A stretch of 53,528 nt of DNA, counting the filler, from Catajapyx aquilonaris (Eukaryota), in the NCBI GenBank assembly GCA_000934665.2. It is 2 parts of 2 records of this genome, joined end to end, with 100 filler letters (N's around TTAATTAATTAA, not from the genome) between each part and the next. Parts side by side here need not be neighbours in the genome. Positions count along the whole stretch, not along the records: positions 1 to 26,264 come from JYFJ02005236.1; positions 26,365 to 53,528 come from JYFJ02005237.1. The stretch is one strand, 5' to 3'. This document shows, one piece after another, positions 22,883-34,148 of this stretch (within the stretch, counting starts at the first letter, position 1; the number at the start of each line of letters is the position of its first letter). Below the pieces are notes generated by a model. That model was given only the letters and a program-made list of their open reading frames with translations. It was not told where the DNA came from and ran no database searches. The position numbers were made by a program, and so were the translations under genes.

Positions 22883-23040
22883 GTGAGTTGAAATAGTGGT
22901 GGGGATGGACTCCTCTGACTTGGATCGCCTTGCCCACACTTCTCAGGGGAATAATGTTCCTCCTCTTCGGCTGCCCCTTTGATTTGTGTGGCATTCATTG
23001 ACACGATGACATGACCTCCACTCCTTGTGTTTGCAGGACC

Positions 23041-23307
23041 ATGTCTTTGATCCTGAAGGTAAAGAAGGAAGGGGAAGTGAAGGAGGAGGAGGAGGACATC
23101 ACAGTGGACGAGGAGAGTTGGAGGCTAAGGGTGAAGGAGGAGGAAGCACCATGGTTGGACATTCATTCTACTACACTCATGGAAGACACTCTCCTCGAGG
23201 TCAAGAAGGAGGAAGCAGAGGAGGAGGAGGAGATGGTGGTGGCCATTCCTACTAGGGAAGTTGATGATGAGGACGACCCTTTGGCAGGTGGTTCTGGAAG
23301 TAGTGGT
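23041..23307 (+). CDS. Unit G: acidic N-terminal exon (89 codons); no finger exon before the gap
   Basis: TTGCAG|GACC-ATG, intact ORF, donor GGT|GTAAGT at 23307/23308; the following intron matches that of F. Confidence 0.75.
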
Positions 23308-23963
23308 GTAAGTGAATACTGCTGAAATTTTACCCTGAAGCGACACCAAATCATTAATCCAAATCCAACACCTGGACTTGAATGGATGTAACGAACACCC
23401 ACCCTCCAGCTCTGCTTATTCAACCACTTGATGCAAATTGTTCCCCTTGCAACATCTGCATGATATTTGCCAATTTTATCAGATAAGTGTTTTTTTCTGT
23501 AAGAGAGTATGGATCATCATTTTTCTCTATGAATTCACAATGTTTTCTTCTCGATGCATGCCTCTAGCCCAGACTGCTGCATATTATTAATGAAATCCAT
23601 CGAAAATGCAAAATTAGCTCACTCGTCAATTACACAGGATTTTTAAAAATCTTCCATTTTATTTTTCTGTCACTTCCATGCCAAATATACCAGAAAAAGA
23701 ATGTGTTTGTACTTTCCGACAAGCGTAAAGGAGCTTAACCCTCGAACTTCAGAGAATGGATGCCACTGAAGGGGACCACCATATTTACATGAGTTTCACT
23801 AGTTAATCCCCACAAAGAGCCAATGATATTTTTCCACCTGCTCTACCTAGAAACATGACATTTGGTTTACAACTTACCTTATACGACTGGATATGTATCA
23901 CCATTTACAGTAAATGCTGGAATTGTCCTCCTGCACTTACATCCAGTCATTAACAGTCCAGAT

Positions 23964-24580
23964 CAGTGATTCCCAAACTGTGCTCCACGGAAGCCTTGAG
24001 AATAACAGGACACTTTTTAAAAAATAAATTCACTTGTCCAGCTGGCCTTCAACACAACACTGCCTAAATTTTTAGTTTATTTGACGAATTTTTTCACTGC
24101 AAATGGCATTCCATGGTACAACCAGGGGTACAACTACATTGTCAATGTATGCACAGTTGAACCGAATACAATGACAGGCCAGACTGCCATAGCTATCACC
24201 AGTATTTAGAAAATCCAAGGAGTCCGACAATCATCACTGTGTCCTCCACAAGCAAGCCCTAGCAGTAAAAAAATGCCTTCCTTTCTTGAAAACGTTCTGG
24301 ATGAGGCTGTACAAATTACTGCATTAATTACATAAAGTCCCTGCCTCTGAAATTCAGGCTGTTCAATTTGTGTGACCATCTGGGAAGTCTTCATTAGTCT
24401 TTGCTTCTTCACACAGGAATGAGCTGGCTGTCTGGAGGAAAGGCATTTACATTTGTTTGATGCAGTTACAGCATAATGATCTACAGTCATTTCAAATGGA
24501 GCGCAACCTTCATTTGGGAAATTTATTCGCTAATGAAGGAAGGCTCTGGAAACTCTCGTGTTTATCATATAATGTTTGCC
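23964..24580 (+). mobile_element. hAT (Charlie/Buster-type) transposon relic with degraded transposase fragment
   Basis: Left end CAGTGATTCCCAAACTGTG preceded by GTCCAGAT (NTCTAGAN-like). From 24235, across frameshifts, it reads HCVLHKQALAVKK.PSFLENVLDEAVQI..INYIKS.P..RLF..LCDHLGS.H*SLLLHTGMSWLSGGK, matching the HCxxH..RWLSRGK region of ZBED5/FAM200-type transposases. Confidence 0.85.
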
Positions 24581-25219
24581 AGGATAATGATAATAATTTT
24601 TGATACAAGCAGCAGTATGCACTCATTTAAATGAAAACGGTGGTTCTGGGCCTAATTTATTGAGGGTGCAAGTGTTTTCCACTTATGAAAGAATTACTAG
24701 GACATCAGTTGGAGGCACCAGAAAGGCTGTTGCTGGGTGACATCCGCGGGCACCTACTATGATGCCTGATTAATTTCTTCGAGAAGTCAATCCTGTTCCA
24801 AGGGCTCAGCAGCTAACAGGAAGGAGTAATAATTATGGCTGGGGGATTAATTCATTTGCCGTTACTTCAAAACAAACCTGCTTGACATTAACTGTGTATG
24901 AATGTCTCATTAGTAAAGAACAGAATTTTAGGTTCTAAAAAAACCCAAATACGTAGGCATTTAGGTCCTGAAAACAATTCAAAATGGGTTCTTAAATAGG
25001 TAGTACAAATCAAGGAGATCCGAATTTTTAAATGTTCCTATACAGCCTACTCTTGGCCATGAAATTTTGTAGCACAGTAAGAATCTTGCACTTGTTCCAT
25101 GTAATTGGTGGTTAGTAAGCAACGCCTGCCTGACAATGATGGACGGGGCACACGCCCTCTTGGTTTAGCTGAGACGGCACGCATGGTATGCAGGCGAAGA
25201 CTTTTATCTATGCATTGAA

Positions 25220-25376
25220 CCCTGTAATGCCCACTAATCTAAGTAATGCCCACTGGGTCATATCTGTCACACCATTTAGTGCAATTTTTGCAACTTTTGC
25301 AATTTTTATATTTTCTGTAAGTGTGCCAAATTGCCCTAAATGGTGTGCCAGATATGACCCAAGGTGCATTACAGGG
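25220..25376. mobile_element. piggyBac-like MITE
   Basis: TGAA-CCCTGTAATGC ... GCATTACAGGG-TTAA, plus subterminal IR TGGGTCATATCTG.CACACCATTTAG / CTAAATGGTGTG.CAGATATGACCCA. Confidence 0.75.
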
Positions 25377-25717
25377 TTAAAAGGTATTGGTTCTATCTTT
25401 CTGTGGTAGAAGATTCAAGTCTGCATTCAGCAATATCCTCTCCAGATGCCATGAACAGGTTTCATTTGATTCACGCTCATCTAATACATATTTCAAGACC
25501 TATATCTGTCTGTCTTTCTTTTGTGACCTAAACAGATCCATACGGAGGCCTCCACATATGCCCCAGGGGTATCACCAGGGGTAGTTTTTTACCGGGAAGG
25601 TTCTTAGCGCATTGGAATTGACCTCCGAGGTCATCCTTGGCCACAGGAGGCGAAAAGGTCTTTGGATGTTGGCCCCCTGTGTTCCAATAATGCTGTTCAG
25701 TTGCCCTGGAAACCATA

Positions 25718-25798
25718 TTCCTTCCCTCCTCTCTCTCCCTCTCTCCCTCCCTCCCTCCCTCCCTCCCTTCCCTCCCTCCCTTCCCTCCCTCCTCCTCC
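25718..25798. repeat. (CCCT)n-like polypyrimidine simple repeat
   Basis: Seen directly. Confidence 0.9.
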
Positions 25799-26264
25799 AG
25801 CCCCTCAGTGTCGTTACATTTCTACGTGGTGGCTGTACATTGGTCAGTGTTTTTGCACTCACATTGGTTGCATACTTTATTGTTCCAATTTAGAATTTCT
25901 TATTACACACTGTTGCCTTGGTTACGAGACTACTGGTGTGATTGGGTGATGATCACGTTTTGTTCATAATATTCAAAGAGTTCCATATCTTGCTATCCTA
26001 TGGTATCTCATTCCATGTTTATCCTAGACACGGTGGCACGGTCCAGCTACGGCCTCGGGGCAGGCCCAGGGTTCGAGCTGGTGGTATACAAATGCGCTGT
26101 ATGTAAGAATAGCGGTTTTGGGTTGTTTGTTCAGGCAGACTGTCGGAATTTTTTTGGCGTACTTTTCCTGCCATACCTTTTCCTCTACGTATACTGTGTC
26201 ATGTGCTTTTTGTCTTCATTCTCCTGTTCCGAACTGTGTTACGTTCTGTGTCGTGTAGTTTTCA

Positions 26265-26364
26265 NNNNNNNNNNNNNNNNNNNNNNNNNNNNNNNNNNNN
26301 NNNNNNNNTTAATTAATTAANNNNNNNNNNNNNNNNNNNNNNNNNNNNNNNNNNNNNNNNNNNN
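26265..26364. other. Assembly gap with artificial six-frame-stop linker
   Basis: 44 N + TTAATTAATTAA + 44 N = exactly 100 bp. Confidence 0.95.
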
Positions 26365-26629
26365 GTATTTGAACCCGATAGTACTAGTAGGCCTACATTA
26401 GTCTTTTAAATCTTATAGTTGTATTGGCCTTTGCTCAAAGCGGTTATTTTTTGTAGCTTGTTGCGCCCCGAACCATCAGGTGCCCTATTCTATAGAAACA
26501 GCTATATTCAACCAACCAATGAGGAGCGTGGATAGGGACACAACGATCTGCATAAAAATAATTGCTTTTGACAATGTTCGTGATAACTACAGACGACACA
26601 CGAACTTGGAACGCCCTGTATATACACCC

Positions 26630-26722
26630 ACTACACAGGGAGCTTAACAGCTGTGTCATTGTTAATGTCAACCGTGCAGTCTGCGCGAACTGTGGTGCGC
26701 ACTCGGTTGCGAGCGTAGAAAA
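26630..26722 (+). repeat. Dispersed short repeat (copies at ~27632-27672 + and ~33670-33752 -)
   Basis: CAACCGTGCA..CTGCGCGAACT.TGGTGCGCACTCGGTT is shared with the 33670 copy, which ends in CTAG (Helitron-like); the 27632 copy keeps only the GCGCACTCGGTTGCG part. Confidence 0.6.
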
Positions 26723-27264
26723 ATCACCTAAAAATCAGGCGCTTGTTTGGAGACAGTGTCAGCTGTGTGAGTGGGCAGAATCTGGCAACAGTGGCCCATA
26801 TTATTTTGATAAACAATCCCTTCAATTCCGATCGAAACAAAACCCAATCAGAGGCGACAGCAGAGGGCCCGGATATTGGCCCCAACCTAAACTTCCTGGT
26901 CCTTTTAATTAAAAGTGTCGCGCAACACACCTCCCACAGACAGGAGGACAATCCTTATTGGCGGATATTGCCCAGCCCTCTTGTTTGACCAATTCCCCGG
27001 GCCAAACCTTTGCTGATTGGAAAGATTGCTGGGGACAGGAGGAGGTCATCCAATAAGGTGGCCAGCCTGACCCTCGCATATGACCCCAATCCCAAAGAAG
27101 GGTTATTAGGACACAGGCATTAATATTGCATGGAGACTAAATTAATTGCGAATGTCAACCTAACCTAATTCATGTCAGTGTTTAGCTAATTTTCGTGATA
27201 AGCTATTTTAAGTAGTGATACTTTCAGGTGCTAATATTAGCTCGATTTAAATACATATCCAAGG

Positions 27265-27630
27265 CAGGGAGCATAATTATACTACATAAGAGGCGCAAAC
27301 TTCTCTCGGTGCCTTTGATGTCCGCGTCTCTCTGTTTGGGGCCGTTGCCAAGGCTGGCGGCCATCTTTAAGTGTGGGGAACGCCAACGAGGTATAAATAG
27401 GCTACAGGCAAAAATAGGGTCCGCCATCTTTGATGGTTTTGGCTGCCATGGCAACTACACGGCAAGAACATGCGCGAATCAAAGATGGGGACCCTATTTT
27501 TGCATGTACCCTATTTATACCTCGTTGGCGTTCCCCACACTTCAACATGGCCGCCAGCCTTAGCAACGGCCCCAAACAGAGAGACGCGGAAATCGAATGT
27601 TTGCGCCTCTTATGTAGTATATGCTCCCTG
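27265..27630. mobile_element. 366-bp palindromic MITE
   Basis: CAGGGAGCATA..TACTACATAAGAGGCGCAAAC ... GTTTGCGCCTCTTATGTAGTA.ATGCTCCCTG; arms ~160 bp, spacer ~45 bp. Confidence 0.85.
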
Positions 27631-28851
27631 GTGTGGGTGCGCGCACTCGGTTGCGCTCGTATAAAAAAAATCATCTACAGACTCGCCTACAGTATAGGTA
27701 TGAAAAAGAATGGGTAACAATATTAGAAGCGAATATATTTTGATCTAAAAGTAACTGGTTAGAAATAAGCCGCCTGCAAATCCGAAATAAATGTCTGACC
27801 ACAAGATTGAATTGGTAGTGTTTCTTCGGGACCATTTTCCTTTTCTCCAGAGTAAAAACAAGTCTAAGTGCAATAGAAAGAGCTTGTATCCATAGTAGCT
27901 ATTGCCTCATCGATCCGGGGGTCTCCGTATTGGCCTGGAGCCAAACCCTTTCTGCATGAAGAGGGTGGTGGGGTGGAAATGAAGCAGACTCCATTCCTAC
28001 CCCCCCTCGAGTTGCGCGCCTTTGCTTTGAGTTTGGGCCAATTGTCGCCGGACCGGAGGTTTACAAAGCGCCTCCGAGCTGTAACTCGCACTTTGCATGC
28101 GAATCGAGCTTATTACACTCACACTCGACGGAAGCCAAATAGGATTTCGGTCCAATTGTCTCCACACCGGATGAAGTGTCTCTCTTTTACCCGGACTGGG
28201 ACGAACTTATTTTCGCCAATATCACAAGCAATAATTATTTTTGGGTGCGACGAAAAAAAATCGCAGGACTGTAACCATGCCTACCTCATCGGAAGTCGAT
28301 CTGGACCAGGGGCAGCCCTTCGAGTTTTTACTCACCTGAAAAGCACAGAGGATGAAACATTAGTAATGACCAAAGACCAATCATGTTTTTGCACTACTCG
28401 CACCGTTCAAATTCACTGAACGATAATTACTCTGGTTTACACATCTGGCAAACCGGATTCCACTGGACTGCCAACTTTCTACCAAGAGGTACACACACAC
28501 ATACACTGGCGCGCACACAGCTCGCCTGGTACGCACACCATGCACAAAATGCTACAAGGGGGGGGTGTTTATACGGAAAAGACAAGAGTTCTCCAGCTTG
28601 CTAAATGATGCGTTCAGCTATTTCCATCTACAGTACCACAATGGCACGGTTCATTACAGCTCTATTATCACGCTGCTTTTGTTACAATAAGTGGCTCCAT
28701 TCCGGGCACGGAGAGAATTTTCCAAGCCACTAATCACAGACACTTACCCAAATTTTTATACGCATGCAGGTGAGGAGCGTAAAGGCATTTTAAAAAACTA
28801 CAGGTGATAGGTCGCTAAATATACAGCCGCTAAATAATTTTGAAGACCTCG

Positions 28852-29064
28852 ATTGGACGATGTTATGCAATAATGCGTCAACCCACATGAGAACATACTG
28901 CGAAATTAATTCAGTGTCCTTTTCAGTCATTTACGGCACAAGTATGCAGATTTCGCCAGCTTGATTTTAACTGAATGAAGTAGGATCCTTTGGGTTTAGC
29001 TTATACTTCAATTTTAACTTTTTTGTGGGTTGACACATTATTGCGTTATTTGACACCGTCCAAT
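28852..29064. mobile_element. Small MITE-like element with ~36-bp imperfect inverted repeats
   Basis: ATTGGACG..GCAATAATGCGTCAACCCACA / TGTGGGTTGACACATTATTGC..CGTCCAAT. Confidence 0.55.
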
Positions 29065-32000
29065 TGTGGTCAAAATAAGTTCGGAATTGTTCTCAAAGAG
29101 TAGCTACTCCCGGATTACCAATAGTCACATTCTTGCAGTTACCTAAATATCTGGAAGAAAGGTTAAGTCGACCAAGAAACAATGAACTAATCATAATACC
29201 ATCGTCATAACTATCTCAAAAACATGCGATGGTGACTCCGACTACAGAAGTAATTCTTTACTTTAGTTGAATTCCCGATGGATTCTTCCCGCGTTCCCAT
29301 CATTCCTTCTCGAAACATTTCCCCTTGAAATATACCTGTACAAACTCCATTTATTCCCTCAGGATTCTTCCCAAAAATTCTGTGCGAATTCCGCCAGTAA
29401 TCCCCGTGGATTCTGACTTAATGGTGCTGAATTTCTCACGACCTCCTTATAAAGATATCGCTTTGATATCCCTATAGGATGATCGTGATGCGTGCATTGA
29501 ATTCAGCATAACCTGTAGCAAGATTTGCCTCATTTTTTTTAGCTTTTACTACTGTAATAAACAGCCAAAATTCTCACGGAAGGAGTTGGACTATCCTGTC
29601 GTATACGTCGCAGGCAACTTTCAGCCAAGTCTAACTGATCCCCTGGGAATTCTGGCCTGCTTTGCACCGCACATCACAGTCCCCCAAAATGCCAGCAAAT
29701 GACGGACCACTCTCTTTCCCCTCGGGGGTGGGCTTGATTAAGCTTTTTTTTTTTCCTCCCCATGCAAAAGCACCCTCCAAAATGCGCAAAACCGAAGCAA
29801 CAGATGGTCGAGCGACGATTCGATCCGAATTCAACTGTCGAGGGGGATGGTAAAAGTGTGCTCTCCCTCTGCATCCGATGGACCCATAGATGGCTTAAGC
29901 CTTAATTGGGGACCAGGCTCGACCCATTTCCCCACTTGGGATGCAACATGCATCTATCCCACAATCCAATCATGCTGCCGCGAAAAAGCAATGAAAGAGC
30001 ATGGCCCGCCCAACTGTCGCCAAATCTGCCACACTTTCATCTTTCTCCTCATAGGCTTATTCTCTCCGTCCGATGTTTGTCCGACCTCGTATCGCTATCT
30101 CTCGCACGAACTGAGGGTGGCGGGAGTGTGCAGAGGAAGGGTGCGCCATCTATGCCCGAAGAATAGTACTACGTGGTAAATCGGCGAGTAATTTAATTGA
30201 ATTGTTTAATTGTCGTGTCATATTGGTTATATAGGTTTTGCTAACGGGTTCACTAGTGTATTAGAAGATGCTGATCGGTCACAACTCACAGGAAAATGTT
30301 TGGAGCGGTCTCGAATCTATCTGCTATATATTTGCAGGATGCAGATATATTTTGCTAGGAGCCCAGATAAGGCTCCAAAATGAAGGCATGCCGCAGCCTG
30401 GCCCAAATCAATGAAGCCCTAGACGGAATACTGTGGGTCTGAAAGAAGAGTTTGGTGCACAAAAAAATATGCCAGCCATTCAGCAAGTTGGCCAACTTAT
30501 TTTGGCTCCAACGCCATAAGCACAGAGCCATCCTTCCTACAGCTTCCTTCCGCTCCAGTTATCTGGATGCCAAGACCGTGAGGTCACCGGATTATTCACA
30601 TTATAAACGCGACGTGTTACACCTGCGAGTTGTGACACCTGTGTCGGATTGTATGGGCAGAGAGCCAACAGGTTTTTTTTTAAATATTCTGAAAAAGTGA
30701 AGGATACTGCGTCGGATGGTGCTCTTGATATTGGAGCACTTGAAACTGTGGGCACTTGGCACTGGGGGCGGCCCACGCCCCACTTGACCCACTTTGTCTC
30801 ATAGCCACCATCCACATTCCTGCCAAATCTATGCATGCGGCATACGAGGACCCACGCCCACTATCTAGTACACCCCATGTGTGCTGCCAGCAGACCTTCA
30901 ACAATGCGACGATCATCCGATGCGACATTTGGTTCGAACAAGCCCATTCCGCTCGCTGTGAAATTGCCCAGAGCAATGCCAATAATTGCAAGTGCACTAA
31001 AAGCCAAGCCACTTCAAAAATGGGGCATGAAGCATACTATTTTGCCTGCAGCAACTCACTAATAGTAAAATTCTAATTGATATTCACTGCCTGTTAAAAA
31101 GACATAGCATAAAACATGCGACAAATCGCTCTGGATAAGTACTCTGTCAAAAGAACAATTCCGCCAGACGTTACATAACGATAATGAACTTCAAGTAAAA
31201 AATAAATAAACTTAACCTTGGAGCCGTAGCATATGTCCGGTCGAAACTTTGTTTGGCATGTACCTCACATTGTTGGTATCTCAAATTGGGGACATCATCG
31301 CACGTTGATGAAAATAAAATGAAATGTCGCAAAATATTGCAAAAAGCAAATTGCTAAATATCGATGTGCTCTGCAGTACATACCAATCATGAGTTATTGA
31401 CAAAAAAATGGGTGATTGATCAATGTATCGAAATATTGCACAGGCTTCATTGAAAACGTTATTTGTTCATCCCGTCGCTTCGTTAACGATATAATTATTG
31501 TCAAGTACACGATTATTTCGTGTAATGAACAAAATGAAAGGAAACCTCATTAGATCTGATTTGACACTGACTAAAATGTATGGTGGAATGTACAGTGAAA
31601 AGTATCTTGGCCCAGACTTTTGGCGACACATTTCCCTGGAACATAACAGTTAAAATTACCAACATTCAACGTCCTTATCTCCTACCGCGGCCTAGTAAAT
31701 TAGGACAAATTGCAAAAACTGGCAATATTCCAACCGTGACATCTCCGGGAAACCGTTTTAATGCAAAGCTTTACGGCCTTAAAACGTCCAGTTCGCACTA
31801 TCACGCAGCACCATTTAGGCCTAAAATATAGGCGCCTGCAAATTTTCCGCTTATCCTGCAATTAAATCGGGCTTCTAAAACGGTGTCCCCTTCCGGGAAA
31901 ATTTCCTCCCGTCCAAAAAATTGCATAACGTGCGTGGTAATCACAATTATTAACTATCTAAATTTTTTTAAATGTTACGCATGTATAGGGCAGCTCTTGC

Positions 32001-33770
32001 AACATTTGCAATGTATGAAATGGCTATCGCGGTGTGCACTGTTTACTATCAAATTTGCAAGGGCGTAATTACCAAACATGACAGCTTGACACCCCGCAAA
32101 CGCACAGAGCTAATTAACCCATATCGCGCGCATCGCATCAGCTCAAAAAATTTGCAAACAATGTGCAAGAATTCGCAGATTTCTATATGGAGGTTTTCTG
32201 CCTTAAAAGCGACTGGTATAGAACTCTGTTAGAATTATTCCTAAGTTAAAAGTACATTAAATTAATTCATCGATGTTGGTGTTTGTTTTAACTCGAATCA
32301 CACGGTTTTAAACTGCGAATTTAAATTAGAAGCCGTTTCTGAATTATATGCATGCAGTTTTTGTTCGCTTTCTGGGTGTACTTGGAAAGGACATAAAGCA
32401 ATGGTCCAATCGGATGCTGCGTCTGAACTTTTCTGAACCGACAAAGAAAGTTTTCCGTTGGCACCTTGCTTCCATTCTTTCCCTATACTTGTCCCTGCAG
32501 CCGTTCGTATTTTCCTAGAGGATTATCCCACGAGTTTTATCATTTGTTACCACGGCCACTATAGTCGCCGACAGGTACTGCTAACTTTAGCATTACAGGT
32601 CCTGAAAAACATGACCCGCGGTTCCTGTGCGGGCACTTGTTTCGGACACGTCCCCAACTTGTTCCCAAAGTTTCTCAAAGTTGCTAATGTACAACAAAAA
32701 AAATTGTCTAATATTTATGCCATCCCATAAAGTGCACCAAGTCCTGTCGCCACAAAAAAAAGTTGTTAAATGTTCAACCCATGTCCATGTTTGACATAAG
32801 TTGTTGAAGTATACGACTGACATCATAACAAGGTATGACAATGCCATTTGACACACTGCGTCCCAGATGTGTCTTCATGTCAATTAAAAATAACTCTAAA
32901 GTTAATGGGGTCATTTACACACCACAGAGGAAAACCGAGCTAGTTATAGACCCGTCATGGCTGGCCCTCGAAACATGAAATTCACCCTATAGATTCATCT
33001 ATTGTCTGATACCTCCCAAAAATAAAAGGTAGACCAGCTAGGTTCAGAACCGGCCAGGTTTCTCAGTGACATGTAAATGTCATTTCCACATTGTTCAAAA
33101 AGCTAATTCTACACGTTTTGCTCAAACAAAAGTTAGGAGTAAGAAATTTTTTTTTCCGTACTCTGAAGTCCTCCTTCGCTTTGACCACCATTGTTATAAA
33201 AATCCGGGGCTGGCAGACAGGCACACAAACGCACCCCGCACGCGCGCACACACCCGCACAGAGGAGGCCAAACTTCGACTGAATGGACCTCTCTCATATA
33301 TAGTGCGTGCTCCATCCTCCCCAAGTGTGTGTGTAGGGTGGGGGAGGGCACAAGTCAGCGGTGGAAATAGACTTCATCTGGTATAGTACAGGGGGGGCCA
33401 GAGGAGCTCTCATGGGTGCGATTAGGATGCTGCCAGATCAATGGGGGTGGCGGCTTCAAGAGATGGCGAAAACTGAGGGGGTGATGCGTCACCCGCACTT
33501 ATTTCCAACCCACGTCCGACCCTCCCCCCAAAAATAGAGGGTTCAGAAATAACCCCGGACATGGTCCACCCTCTTGTGTTGTATGGGTATAGGGGATATA
33601 CCTTAGGTATAGGGGGAGACGCAGCTGCTAGTTGGAGTAGAAATCCTCTAATTACCAATGATTTTTTTAACTAGCTAAACCGAGTGCGCACCATAGTTCG
33701 CGCAGCGTGCACGGTTGGCATTATCAGTGATAGCTGTGGTAAGTTCTGTAGAGTTGGCATACTGCACTGA

Positions 33771-34148
33771 CACTGTGCTCCCAGTTATCCGTGTATAGGA
33801 TTATCCGTTTATCGCCAAAACAAAGGACAATATGAGTTCAAAAAATGTGTTGAAAACAAATAAATGCAGCAAAGACAAACTCAAAATGTGTGGGAAGTTT
33901 CATTACTTTGATTAGGTACAGTATACTGTACCTTTGTTTTTGTTTTTTACGCGTTTGGGTTAGTCAGAAGGTGCTGGAAAAAACCAAAGGTACAGTATAC
34001 TGTACCAGGGGTCTCACGAGGTTAAACCTTACAGCAGCGTACCGTATGTACCGCAGTTAATTTAAAACCTCTGAACAGCTCATTTTTACACAATTTTCCG
34101 ATTATACGGTACAGTGCCGTAATTAGCCGGATAATCGGGAGTACAGTG
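33771..34148. mobile_element. Tc1/mariner-type MITE with a nested truncated piggyBac-like MITE (33915-34021)
   Basis: CACTGTGCTCCCAGTTATCCG / CGGATAATCGGGAGTACAGTG-TA. The inner piece closely matches 51442-51546 and ends GAGG-TTAA. Confidence 0.7.

Noticed and set aside
24790..24822. HDV-like ribozyme (TCCTG..GCTAA-CAGGA)
   Set aside because: Too short; P1, P3/L3 and P1.1 cannot be built.
30680..31076. Overlapping ~100-aa ORFs as downstream exons
   Set aside because: No recognisable domain or consistent splice sites.
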